From positions 186,001 to 250,000 of the forward strand of contig JBEWZL010000179.1 in NCBI GenBank assembly GCA_045837725.1: a stretch of DNA of 64,000 nucleotides. Reading direction: 5' to 3'. Of the stretch, positions 40,201 through 51,973 are shown in pieces. The DNA is from Vermamoeba vermiformis. Taxonomy: Eukaryota. The notes under the pieces were generated by a model. That model was not told the origin of the DNA. It saw only the letters and a list, made by a program, of their open reading frames with translations, and made no database searches. Every line of letters begins with the position of its first letter. Position 1 is the stretch's first letter. The translations under genes and the position numbers were made by a program.

Positions 40201-43200
40201 AAAATCGCGAGGTCTCGTTTCAGATCCGCGAGGTCTCGGTGGCCCTGCTCACTGACTTGTACGTATTCAGGGTGCTATATTTAGACCCACTCACTCACTC
40301 ACCGTTCACAGTGCCACCGAGAACATTGTTCCGCTGCTGTCGCACGTGCACATCATCTTCAACTACGCGATACTGCGCATGGACTCGAATGAGGCGCACA
40401 ATCTCTCGCGTCTGCTCTACGTCATATTGATTGCCATCAAGCGCACCTTCAAGGCCGACAAGAAGCTCGCAGGTACGTATTTGCGTGTTCATATGGACAT
40501 CACTGGTCCTCACCCGAGTGCTGCAGATCTGCCCTGTTTGACGCCGCTCGACAACTTGGTGCGACTGCTCAAGACAGTCTCGTTCAAGCTCAAGTGGAAT
40601 TTCAAGTCCACGGGCCCTGAAGCTGCACCGAGCACTGATGCGAACACCAATCAGCTGCTCGAATGGGCCACCAATGCTGTTGACGTCGCGACCTTGATCC
40701 AACTGCTGATCGAGTGCTGTCAACCGATAGAGCCGCAGGTGCAGAAACATTGGGCAGATGAAGCACTTAATTGGGCCATTGAGTACAAGGTACGCATATT
40801 GAATCACGTGATTTTTTACTGGCCCTGGTAGATTTTATTTTAAATCAACGTGTGTCATTTTTGACTGCGAAATTGAATTGACACACCATGCGTGAATAGC
40901 AACACGAATCATACAACATAGCGCCTAAAATATAATCACAATATACCCAGATTTTAGGTATTTATTTTGATTATTTTGGTTCGATCAGGATCTGGGCCTG
41001 TCAACGAAATCTTTTGAAATGTACAAAAACATTACCAACAATGCCAATGGCGCCAAAGTGATTGAAGACAAAATATCGCGCACGACCATCAAGCGATTGG
41101 TGCGTGTACTGGATGAGACACTGCGCGGACTGGATGAGGCGTTCAGCACCTTGAGCAGCATTTCAGTGAATGCGAAATACACCGCCAAGGCAGCACAGTC
41201 GCCGCGCAGTGATGCTGCAGCTGATGCAGTGGAGCCGCAAGGACCGCCCAGTGAGAACACACTGCAGCTGTCAGATCCGAGCACGAGCACCGCTGACAAG
41301 ACCACGCCGCGCTTCACACTGGCCTCGTCGAGCACTGGCACACCACTCGCTGCACCGGGCCCGCTCTCTGCCAACAGCAATGGCTCGGACCCGCTCTCTT
41401 CGCCTCGAGGACGCAGATCCAGTGGTAGCGGCAACTTGCCACTGCCGAACTTCAGAGAGACGCCTGCGACACCCAGCAGTGCTAATAATAGCGCTACGAA
41501 CAGTGGCACAGTGACACCGAGTGGACGCGACAGCAGCGAGTCCTCGCGCACGCCCGTCGATGCCACTGCCGCGCAATATCGACGCTTGCAACACTTGGCG
41601 GAGGACAACATTCAGATCCTCACTGCGCGTGCTGTCGAGATATTGACTACGTTGCAGGTACGGCGCTGATCGCTCGATTGGACTATATTTAGACTCACCT
41701 CTCCATTCACAGAAAATAGCTGCCGTGCTGCGCAGCGAAGAGTTCCTGCTGTACCTGTTTTGGACCGCACAATCGATGCTAAAAATAGCACCGCTGCGTC
41801 TGCCCCGCGTGTACGAAGAGGCACTGCGTCTGTTGAGTGTCTTGCTGCAGAACGCGGTGCTGCGACCTGTGCTCGAGAGTCCCGCGGACCACGCCACTTA
41901 TCAGCTGTTGCGCGAGCGATCAGCCCTGGTAGATGTCACGTGCTTGCAAGAACTCGTGCTGCCGGGCCTCTACTTGCCGCAGACTGAACTGCTCGCCGCG
42001 GCAGTGTTGAGCGAACTGAATTCGTCGCGCAGTGAACTCGTGTCCAGCAGCAAGGCGCGTCACGTGCTGTGGCTGCTCAGCTTTGTGCCCTGGCTCGACG
42101 CACATCTCACGCACTCGGACCTGCGCGTCAAGGTAACTGCTGCTATATTTAGCGCTGCGTGCTCACCTATATTTAGATCACGCCCTCGCTCGATCACGTG
42201 ATTGCGGCTCTCGAGTCAGCACCGGGACACTTCACAACCATTGCAGATATTTTGCAGCGTTATCAAGCTGGAAATTTCGATCAGAATCCGGCTCTATTTT
42301 TAGAATTGATCGGCTCCGAATTGTACAGCATTGGATTTGTTCCCTATGCCCGCGAGGTCATCAATTTGATTGCCATTCTTTGCAACTATGCACCGAGATC
42401 AGCGTGGAGATTGGCGCGATTGTTTGCATCACAGCCACACGCGGCGAAACACGCACCTGACTTCCACGCACTCGTGCAGGTAGGAGTGTACTGCTCTGTT
42501 GTGGCACACATACTGATCGATGTCATTTCCTAATTAGGAAGCAGCACAACGGCTGAGTCAAGGCGACCAATCAGCAGCGAGTTTCATCAACGAGCTCGCA
42601 GGACTGTTGGACCGCGCCACGAGCAACAAGTTGGTGTTTGCGCCGAGTGTGCTGGACTGGACTCCGCACGTCGAGCTCGGAGACCCGCGCACCAATCACG
42701 TGATCACGTGTCTGCGCATCGTGTCGACCCTGGTTGAAGAACAGAGCAAACAGCGCAAAGAAAACAAAGAGAAGCGCCGCGCAGCAGTGCGAGTGAATGC
42801 AGCCAAGGACAAGGCGAGCAAAGACAAGACTCCGCGCCATCACGTGCGCGCCAAGTCGACCATGGTGACCAGTCCGCGACGATCACGTGACAAAGAGGGC
42901 ACAGTGCGCGACAAGCCACGTGACAAGAAAGAAGATCGCATGTCACTGTCACTTGCACAAGTCACCGTCACACCGCGCGAGGGGCCCAAGTCCGCCGGCA
43001 CTTCTCCGCGCACCGTTGAGCCGTTGAAGATTTCTGTGGGCAATGAGTCAGATGGCAGCGAAGATCTCGATTTTGATCTCTCGCTCGCTGAAGATCTCAT
43101 CGGGGACGACGACAAGCTCGAGTCGCTCAAGAAACAGCTGCAAATGAACTTCGGTGAGGAGGCCGGACTGACAGAGGTGCGCGAGGACGACGAAGACGAG

Positions 43201-44088
43201 GACGAGGACAGCATGGACAGCTTTGATCTCGATATGGAGGGCGCAGACGACGCGTTCTTCAAGGCGTTTGATCTGGAAGAGAAGGAGTCGAGCAAGCTAG
43301 ACGACGACTTCAACAGCCTCATGTCCTCGCTCAACAATCCCAGTGTCCTCGCGGCCAATGACGACGATCTCGCCTCGCTGCCCTCGCTGCCCTATGAAGT
43401 TGACTCCATTCAGAAAGCACTGCACGGCCTCAAACTGCTCGAGTCGAATGACAGCTCGTCCACTGAGCCTAAAAATAGCACCAAGACGGACAGCGGTCTC
43501 TCCACGCCCTCCTCCATGCCCTCCACACCCACCACGGCTCCGAGCTCGCCCTTCACCCCTGCGCCCGTCGCTGACATTGCCACGCAGTTGAGTGACATCT
43601 TTGACAAGTCGCAGGTCCGACGTGTGTTCAAGAGCTTTGTCGGTGAGTAGATTGCCTTATTTGGCAGTGCCAGCATACTAACCCTACCCCTTGCTGCAGA
43701 GAAGAACAATCTCGACAAGACACTCGTGGACTTGGCCGAGGCACTGTACGACTATCGCAACAACATCATCTCGAGCACGTCGTCCATGTCCACCAAGGCC
43801 AAGCTCATCATGCAGCGCTTCTTCCCCAAGAGTTCTTCCGCTGCGAGCTCGAGCAGCATACCCGAGGCACTGAAGCGCGAGACGATCAAAGCCTATGAGA
43901 CTGCACTGCTGTCAGGTACTGTCGCATTGCACCGCACGTGATGCATATATTCACCTTCTTCCTAATTAGGCAAATTCTCCAAGTCATTGTTCGAGAAGAT
44001 TGAAGCAATTACCACCCAGATATTGAACCGCGACTATTTCCCGCTGTTTGTCAAGTCAGATCTATTCGCGCAGATCAACCAGAGCTAA
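34233..44088 (+). CDS. Furry/Tao3/Mor2-like giant helical-repeat protein with C-terminal RGS-like domain; multi-exon
   Basis: The N-terminal VILNSIFKVF and MIQSISQVAQYNFEVLFSLLLAW segments resemble the MOR2-PAG1 N-domain, followed by ~9 kb of helical exons. The last exons read RRVFKSFVEK...AKLIMQRFF...SLFEKIEAITTQILNRDYFPLFVKSDLF, an RGS-type pattern. Confidence 0.6.
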
Positions 44089-44149
44089 AACACTTGTAAT
44101 TATTGTAAAACTTATTTATTGTGCTCTAACTGTTATGTACTGGTGCGTA

Positions 44150-44770
44150 TTAACTGCCGCGATAAGTGCTGAAGCCGTAAGGACTCAATATGAGTGGTAT
44201 GTGATAGTGCTGCGCGAGATCTGACTGCTTGAGCTCGAAGATGATCGGCACTTTCGGGTACAAGAAGTGTTGGATCTGCTTGTTGTCAAAGTACTCCGCA
44301 GTGTAGAAGGTCATGCGATAACGTCCTACTCCTGGCAATGTCACACCAAAGTCCTTGCTCGTTACACGTCCATCCGCGCTTGTCACGCCACTCGCCAACA
44401 ACTGCCACTTGCCTAATTTAATTAATGAGTAAAATAATGGCATAACTATATGCTTGCTTATTGATGAAAATTCGGCTACGTAACGTGATAATTAAATTGG
44501 AGAAGTTCAATTTCAATAATTAATTTAACACAACAGCGTAGTTAATTAATTACCTTGTTGATCTTTAATGTGTAATTTCAAGCGCAATCCGCTCGCAGGT
44601 TTTCCACTCTGGGTGTCAAGCACATGCGAGGAGATGGTGGTCTGTTTCTCCGTATTGTGCGTAGCAGACTGCTCAATATGTGCAGAAGAGTGATTAGTTG
44701 CCATATTGCTCACACTGGGTGCAATGTGTCCGAGTATTGTGTGCAGTCGTGTTGCTGCGTTGTGTTGCAT
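44150..44770 (-). CDS. URAH: 5-hydroxyisourate hydrolase (transthyretin-like) with PTS2; 2 exons
   Basis: ISSHVLDTQSGKPASG, DGR, HYHIPLILSPYGFSTYRGS* (YRGS signature). N-terminal RLHTILGHI fits the PTS2 consensus. Confidence 0.95.
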
Positions 44771-44984
44771 GTTTGGCAATGAGTTCAATACCGTTGAAGG
44801 GCTTGATACTGAATAGAGCAAGGCACCGCTCATCAATGCTGTACTCATATTTAATGCCATGCAGGTAACGGATAACGCAGCTCGATATCTCAGAATACGA
44901 ATCGACCACGTGATTTCAGGTACAATATTTTATTTTAGTTTTGTGCATAAATTTATCTTTAGTATCCCACAAAACTGCACTATC
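44771..44984. promoter_or_regulatory. Putative bidirectional promoter between HIU hydrolase and the FdrA-DUF1116 fusion
   Basis: Only ~214 bp separate two divergent start codons. It contains a CACGTG at 44907 and an AT-rich tract; function is inferred from geometry. Confidence 0.5.
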
Positions 44985-47900
44985 ATGGCACATCAAGGCA
45001 TTAAAGTGTTGAAAGACACGTACAGAGACTCGGTGGAGTTGATGCAAATCGCATCTGGCCTCGAACGGTCCTTTAAAGGAGTGAAGGCTTCTGTGATGAT
45101 GGCAACTCCCGCATTTGTAGAACTACTTGCCAAAAGTGGAGTAGATGTGCCTGCTGAATTAGCTGCCAATGATTTAATCATCCATGTGAAAGCGGATGCA
45201 CCAGACGTTCTCCAAGCAGCACTGGAGAGCGGCGTCAAATCGATCACAGAAAACAAGAGCGCTAGTGCTCACGAGTCCATGGAAGTACCAAAGCCCACTA
45301 CTATAGCAGAAGGAAGCAGTATTCAAGGAGGTTCAAATTTGGTGCTGATCTCGGTGCCTGGTCAGTACGCGACAGCTGAAGCGATGAAAGCACTCAAACG
45401 AGGTGCGCACGTGTTCATGTTCAGCGACAATGTGCCACTCGAAGATGAAATTGAGCTGAAACAGTTCGCCCAAGAGCGCCACTTGCTGCTGATGGGTCCT
45501 GACTGCGGCACGGCACTCATCGACGGACTGCCCCTGGGATTTGCGAATGTGGTTCGCAAGGGGTCGATTGGTCTCGTGGGTGCATCGGGCACGGGACTGC
45601 AACAAGTGTCGAGTCTGATCGATCGCTACGGACACGGTGTGAGTCAGATGATTGGCGTGGGGGGCCGTGACTTGGACGATGCAGTGGGCGGTGCGATGAT
45701 GTTGCAGGCCATGCAGCGTCTCATGCAAGACCCTGCCACCGCCGTCATCGTGCTCGTGTCCAAGATACCGGGCACGCACGTGACTGCTAAGATCTACGAC
45801 CTCGTGCGCCGCTCACCCAAGCCAGTGGTGGTCAACTTCTTGGGCGGTGATCCACAACCCATATTAGGCAGTGGTGGCATCTACGCCGCGACACTCGAGG
45901 ACGCAGCGCTGCTCGCAGTCAGTGTGAGTGAAGGCAAGCCCCGTGTCCGCGACAGCACTCCATTGACAGCAGTGCCATCACGCGCTGGTCACGTGCGCGG
46001 TCTGTACAGTGGTGGCACCCTGTGCAAAGAGGCCAAGCTGATCTTCCAGCAGACATTGGGTGCGGAGGCCGCACAGCACACACTGATCGACTACGGTGAG
46101 AGCGAGTACACCGTGGGCAAGGCACATCCCATGATTGACTTCAGCACGCGCAATGCAGAGCTCGTCAAAGCTGCGGCAGATCCGAACACTTCCGTCCTCT
46201 TGTTCGATGTGGTGCTCGGATATGGCGCGAATATGGACCCCGTTGGTCAACTAGCCCCTGCATTGATGGCAGCCACTGAACTGCGCAGCAAGCAGAATCG
46301 ACCAATCACATTCATTGCTTCGGTGTGCGGTACTGCCTCAGATCCGCAAGACATGCAGCAGCAATCAGACAGACTCGCACAACTAGGGGTTATATTGGCC
46401 GCATCCAATGCTGAGGCTGCGAGACTGGCGCTGTTCGTCGCTACAGGCCAGCGTGTCACACCCGCAGCAGTGTCGCTGAACAAGAGCCGTGCAGCGAGTG
46501 CAGCAGTGCAGAGCAATCCGCTGTTGAAGGAGATTAAAGCACTCAATATCGGACTGAAACACTTCGCAGAGCCGATCAGCAAGAGTGGCGGTCAAGTGCT
46601 GCAACTCGATTGGAAGCCACCAGCAGAGGGCCACCGAGCACTCGGACTGCAGCTGGCACGCCTCGAGGACGACAGTGCGGGGGTGGGTCAGAGAATCAAA
46701 CTGGCCAATGACGAGGCCTTGCAACGACTGCAGAAAGGACTGCCCGTGTGGACTGGTGTGGCACTGGCGCGCGAGGTGATACCAGGCATGGGCACACGCA
46801 CCATCCTGCACAGCGGTCCTCCAATCACGTGGCGCGCCATGTGTGGTCCGATGAAGGTGAGTACTGCCAGTGCGTGCATGACGTGTTGACACGTGTCACA
46901 GGGTGCGGTGATTGGTGCCATTCTGTACGAGGGCTGGGCGCAGAGTCCTGAAGAGGCAGAACAGCTCGCAGCACGCGAGATCAGCTTTGCACCATGCAAC
47001 GATCACCACGCAGTCGGTCCCATGGCAGGCATCATATCGCCCAGCATGCCCGTCGCCATCGTGGAGAACAAGACATTCGGCAACAAGGCCTACGCAACCT
47101 TCAACGAGGGACTGGGTCGTCGATTGCGCTTCGGTGCGTACGATGCGAGTGTGATGGAGCGACTGCACTGGATCCGGAACGTGCTCGCCCCCGTGCTGCA
47201 ACAGATCGTCGCTGCACACCCGATTCAGCTCAAGACCATACTCGCACAAGCACTGCAGATGGGCGATGAGTGTCACAATCGCAACACAGCTGCCACGTCA
47301 CTGCTGACACGTCACCTCGCCCCGCTGCTGTTGAGCACGGTGCGCGACACGAGTCAGGTGCTGTCCATCCTCGAGTTCTTGCGCGACAACGACCACTTCT
47401 TCTTGAACCTCTCCATGGCCTGTTCCAAGTGCATGCTGCAGGCTAGTGCGGACATGGACGCGAGCAGTCTGGTCACCATCATGAGTCGCAATGGCGTCGA
47501 GTTTGGCATTCAGATGAGTGGCACGGGCAACACGTGGTTCACCGCGCCCTCACCCGTGGTGGACGGACTCTACTTCCCAGGTACGCGGTGCACTGTGCGC
47601 GAGTGTTGCTGATGTGTTGACAGGGCGTACCAAAGCTGATGCCAATCCCGATCTGGGCGACAGCAGCATCACCGAGACAGCTGGCTTTGGTGGCTTTGCG
47701 ATGGCAGCATCACCCGCCATTGTTCGCTTCGTGGGTGGCACGGCGCACTCAGCCCTGCAACACACGCTGCGCATGTACAAGATCACACTCGGTAAGAATC
47801 CTGACTACGCCATTCCGAGTCTCAATTTCAGTGGCATCCCTCAGGTAAGCACTGGGCGCTGCATTACATAGGACTGCACCATGGACTCACGTGCGCTGAT

Positions 47901-48212
47901 CAGGGCATTGATGCACGTCGCGTGGTGGACAGTGGCATTGCGCCAGTGATCAACACGGGCATTGCACACAAGCAGCCAGGCATTGGACAGGTCGGGGCGG
48001 GCATTGCACTCGCACCACTCAGTCCATTCGCAGCCGCACTGGGCGCACTCAGCAGCAGACTCCTGCACAAGACCTCGCAGCACAAGAACACGCGTGCCTA
48101 CTCCACGCAGATTGTGCGTCGTCACGTGCCTGGCCACACATTGGTGGTGCGCAGAACAGCTGTGGCGTCAGTGCTGCGCGTGTTGAAGCGTGCGGTGACA
48201 CTGCTCAAGTGA
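44985..48212 (+). CDS. FdrA(AllF)-YlbE(AllG, DUF1116) fusion; succinyl-CoA-synthetase-like fold plus DUF1116; putative oxamate carbamoyltransferase-like enzyme; 4 exons
   Basis: FdrA motifs: YRDSVELM, ISVPGQYA, MFSDNV, MGPDCGT, GASGTGLQ, GVGGRDL, GLYSGGTLC, HPMID, DWKPPAEG. DUF1116 motifs: LHSGPPI, HHAVGPMAG, NEGLG..LRFGA, ALQMGDECHNRN, NDHFFLNLSMA, MSRNG, DLGDSSITET, NTGIAHKQPGIGQVGAG. Confidence 0.9.
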
Positions 48213-48265
48213 AGTACGTTGTAAAGGGAACTAGTGTATTTGAAAATAATACAAGACGGGGGTAA

Positions 48266-49206
48266 TTACATCTTAGACTTGGGCTTGGTGATAGTCGCGT
48301 GAATGAAGCCGCTCGGTTCATCGACGGGAATGAGCAGATCCGGTGTGTTTTCGAGCTTGAGCTTGGTGAAGTCGATCGTCCAGTTGTGAATGTTGGGCAT
48401 GGTCAGCGTGATGTTCTCAACTTGCGCGAGACGAGTGACGACCTTCTCGCCCGCAGAGTGAATGGTGCGCTGCACTGAAGGGCTGTACTCTGTCGCAAAG
48501 GTGCTGAACACCAGCGCGAGCACTTTGTTCCACGTGTCATTGAAGTCCACTGACTTGTAGCCACCGCGCACTGCTTCGGGGGTGTAGGTCCACACTGCTT
48601 GGACCTTGGTGCCGAACAATCTGTCAGCAACATCAGGCAGAGTGGTGTAGCGGCAGCGATGGAAGTTTTCGAAGCCAGATCCAGTCGTCTTGAGCACTTG
48701 CAAGTCGCGCACACCAGATTCGACCACTGCTGGGGCTCCACGAGGGGCGCTAATCTTAGCGGTGCGCACATACATAGCCTTCACGAACGAATGACCGTGC
48801 GGCTTGCCGTTGACGGGCATGCGCTCCCAGATGTCCTCCGTGATCTCAACATTGACTTTCTTTACGTGGCTGTATTCGCTGAGGAATTTTGCCGCCAATG
48901 CTTGACCATACTCTTCGATTGACTTGATGGGGTGGTCACGGGCAACAACGTAACTGAATTTAATTAAATTAGTAACAATTTTCATGAAATAAATTCAGGA
49001 TGGAGTTTTATGACATACACCATGTTTTTGCAGGTATCAGTAGGAACGACTTGAGAGTTGTCATCAGAGGTAAAACTCTTCTGGAAATCTCCTTCCAACA
49101 AGACTGCAACGTTGAGTTGCTTCAAGTCGTGATTTTCCTTGGAGTGGCGCGTGACCTTGACCAAGCGGACCTTGATCTTGCCGTAAGTATCGTAAGTAAT
49201 GGACAT
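48266..49206 (-). CDS. UOX: Urate oxidase (uricase) with PTS1 (SKM); 2 exons
   Basis: YGKIKVRLVKV, DNSQVVPTDTCKN, VLKTTGSGFENF, TLPDVADRL, SPSVQ and MPNIH; ends KSKM*. Confidence 0.96.
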
Positions 49207-49533
49207 GATTGCGGTGTTGTGTGAGTGTTGTGCTTGATGTTGCAAAATAGAAAATACCTGTTCGGCAAAGAATGGACGAAAAAGAATGTTTGGAAAAAAT
49301 CGGCGCTTCGTTCAGTGAAACAAACAGATTGCGATGGAGATTGCGAAAGAAGGCGTCTTAACATTAAGCATTCAGTACAGTGCCCCTAGCCATGTGTATA
49401 TACGTGGATGAAAGAGACGTGCGTTGTGAATCAATATTATACATTTATTCGGGCGCCGCTAATGAAATCTCTGCTAGTAGTCCCAGCGCATATATGCTTG
49501 AGTATACGCTATACTAGATATAAGACTAGCAGC

Positions 49534-50292
49534 TCACTTCAACTTCTTGCTGCTAGCATTCAACAAACTGAAGTAGATGTTCCACACCAGGGCCACCAAG
49601 TTGGAGAAGAGCACTTGGAGGTTGAGTGGCACGTAGCGGAAGTTGATGTACTGCGCCAAGGGCCATATTTTCAACTGCGCCACGACCATGCGCAACATGT
49701 TCTGCGAGATCTGAGTGTGCAATTTGTACCAAGTGCCTTCGAAAAGCGCGATCCAGCTCCAGAATAATACAAAGAGTGCAGGAGTGAATACTAGTTGATG
49801 CAGGGCTATTTTGAGCACGACTGTAACGGGAGTCTGGTGTAATTAAGCAGAATTAGCGCACTGCAGCGCGGTGTTTGAAATGGATCGTACCGTGGGGAAA
49901 CGACTGAAAACGTGATTTAAGAGCTTGTACCAATAATGTACTAATGGTCCTGTAACCACCAAGCCAAAGGAACCTGAACAACTCTGTTAAGATCGCGGAG
50001 TAATATTTCATTCATAGTCGAAATAATTATTCGCAGCGATTATTATTCATATTATTCAATGTGCACAGAGGTCGTACCAAATTTAATGGTGCGCATGACG
50101 TCCAATTTTTTGTTGCCGGCAATCTCTTGCGCAATAACATCACCCACCACATTGGTCACTGCCGATGTGATCGCCTTAATATTCATTAGTTATATATTAT
50201 GAGACCACGGTAAATATTACTTTAGTTTTGATTGGATGTTGATTCAGGTAGTTCAAGTAAAATTGCCAAATTGTCTTCAGCTGTGCTGCCAT
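49534..50292 (-). CDS. Mpv17/PMP22 (PXMP2-like) family membrane protein; multi-exon
   Basis: YLNQHPIKTKAITSA, GDVIAQ, GPLVHYWYKLL, HQLVFTP and WPLAQYINFRYVPLNLQVLFSNLVALVWNIYFS. Confidence 0.9.
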
Positions 50293-50422
50293 ATTGCAAT
50301 ACAAATATCAATAATTGTATAAATAACGGCCACTTGTTGCCCTATCAGCAAAATACACGCAAATGAAATGATCCGCGAGTTTTATTTACAATTTGTAGGC
50401 GCCAACAAACGATGCGCAGTAA

Positions 50423-51568
50423 TTAGCGTCGTCGCTCTTGTTTGACTGCTGCCTTCTTGCGCTCTTCTTCCTTGCGCGCCTTCTCTGCTTTGAACTTCTC
50501 GCGGGCTAGCTTCTTCTCTTCGACTTTCTGGGAACGTGTCAGTACCACGTGTCAAACAGTGACCTGCACTGCAGTAACACGTGACTTACCTTCACGTGGT
50601 CTAGTTTCATCTGTTCGCGCTTGGCTTGTTCTTCGAGCTTGGCCGCAGCACGATTGGGATTGACATCAGCTGTGACAGGTGTCAGTTCACGACCAGCAAT
50701 CAACGTGTCACACTGAGGTCTGCAAGCTACACTCACCGAAGGGGTCTTCAGGCAGACTGTCGAGCTTGAAGTGCGACAAGTCCTCTTCTTGACTGTCTTC
50801 GCCCTCTTCTTCGTCACTCCTGCGTGCACGTGTTAGTCTGGACTGCTACTGACAAATGAATATAGCAGCACAACAAATATAGCAGTAGTAACACCGCGGT
50901 GCTTGCTATCAACATCTGATTCGACGTACAGTCCTTCGCGCACGTAGCTGTACTGGGACAGAATGGCGCGCTTCTCAGCCTGACTCAACTTGTTTATCTC
51001 CCTGTCAACTGTTAGTACGCGACATCTACCAGGGCCTGTCACGTGACACGCGCAGACAGGTCTACTAGGACGCAGATAATAGCGGTCTGCTGCTTACTTC
51101 TTTTCAGCCGTGTCTTCAGGGGTGAGAATTTTAAGCTCGGTCAATGCTACAAATGCGACGTTAGGCCTGCATAATAGCCACTGTTCTATTCTCGCTTACT
51201 CTCTTCCAAACTCTTCACTGATTTCTTAGCGGCATTGGTATTGTTTTTATTATTTTTGACTGATCGCCATTGATCGAGAACGCTGCTTACAAAATCATCC
51301 TGAATAATCATTAATAATTAATACGATTTTTTTTAAATTGTTTTAAAACGTCGTGTCACGAACAGATCGAGATCCAGGTAAGATCGTGTCGTGACTCGAC
51401 AAAATAATTACGCACGATATTTGGGAGGTCACCAATATAGTCCTTGATTTCTTCACTTTTAGAAGCATTGTCCATAGAATCGTCGTCGAGAATGGTCATT
51501 ATGAAGGGGAGGTAGACGGCTTCATCCAGATCCATTTCAATCAACTTGCTTTTCAACCAACCATCCAT
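50423..51568 (-). CDS. CCDC43-like protein; multi-exon
   Basis: N-terminal WLKSKLIEMDLDEAVYLPFIMTIL, central KRAILSQY, and charged C-terminus ending KAVKQERRR*. Confidence 0.7.
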
Positions 51569-51973
51569 TGTCGATAATCTAATAACTTGTTCTGAACTAC
51601 AACGTCTTGTCTTCTGAATGAAGAGGGTTAGATCGAAAGAAAAAAAACAGTCACACGTGATTTTGTGGACGCGACTACATCTCACAAGGACGATTAAGAA
51701 GAATAACAAGAGGGTGCATAACACTAGCTGAGTGCGTCGATAACACGCTGAGATAGGCATTAATTGATGATGCACCCTCGCTGGTTGGCTGGACAGCGAA
51801 TGGGTGAGTCAAGCGACCGTCAACGACTCGTCATCACAGAGCAACATCATTATTAGTCGCGCATTCAGTGGGTCAGCGGAGCGGTCTAATTCCTCGGCTG
51901 ACTCAGTCAACACGTTCAGTTTTCAATTTCAATTTCACTCAACAACAACGCAGCACGAATAAGTAACTCTATT

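Noticed and set aside
44859-44984. Upstream in-frame start for the FdrA fusion given by the ORF track
   Set aside because: The extension is AT-rich and lies in the divergent promoter. FdrA similarity begins right after the ATG at 44985.
44985-48212. Bacterial contamination as the source of the FdrA/DUF1116 genes
   Set aside because: Both DUF1116-containing genes have GT-AG introns of the local style and are embedded among clearly eukaryotic genes.
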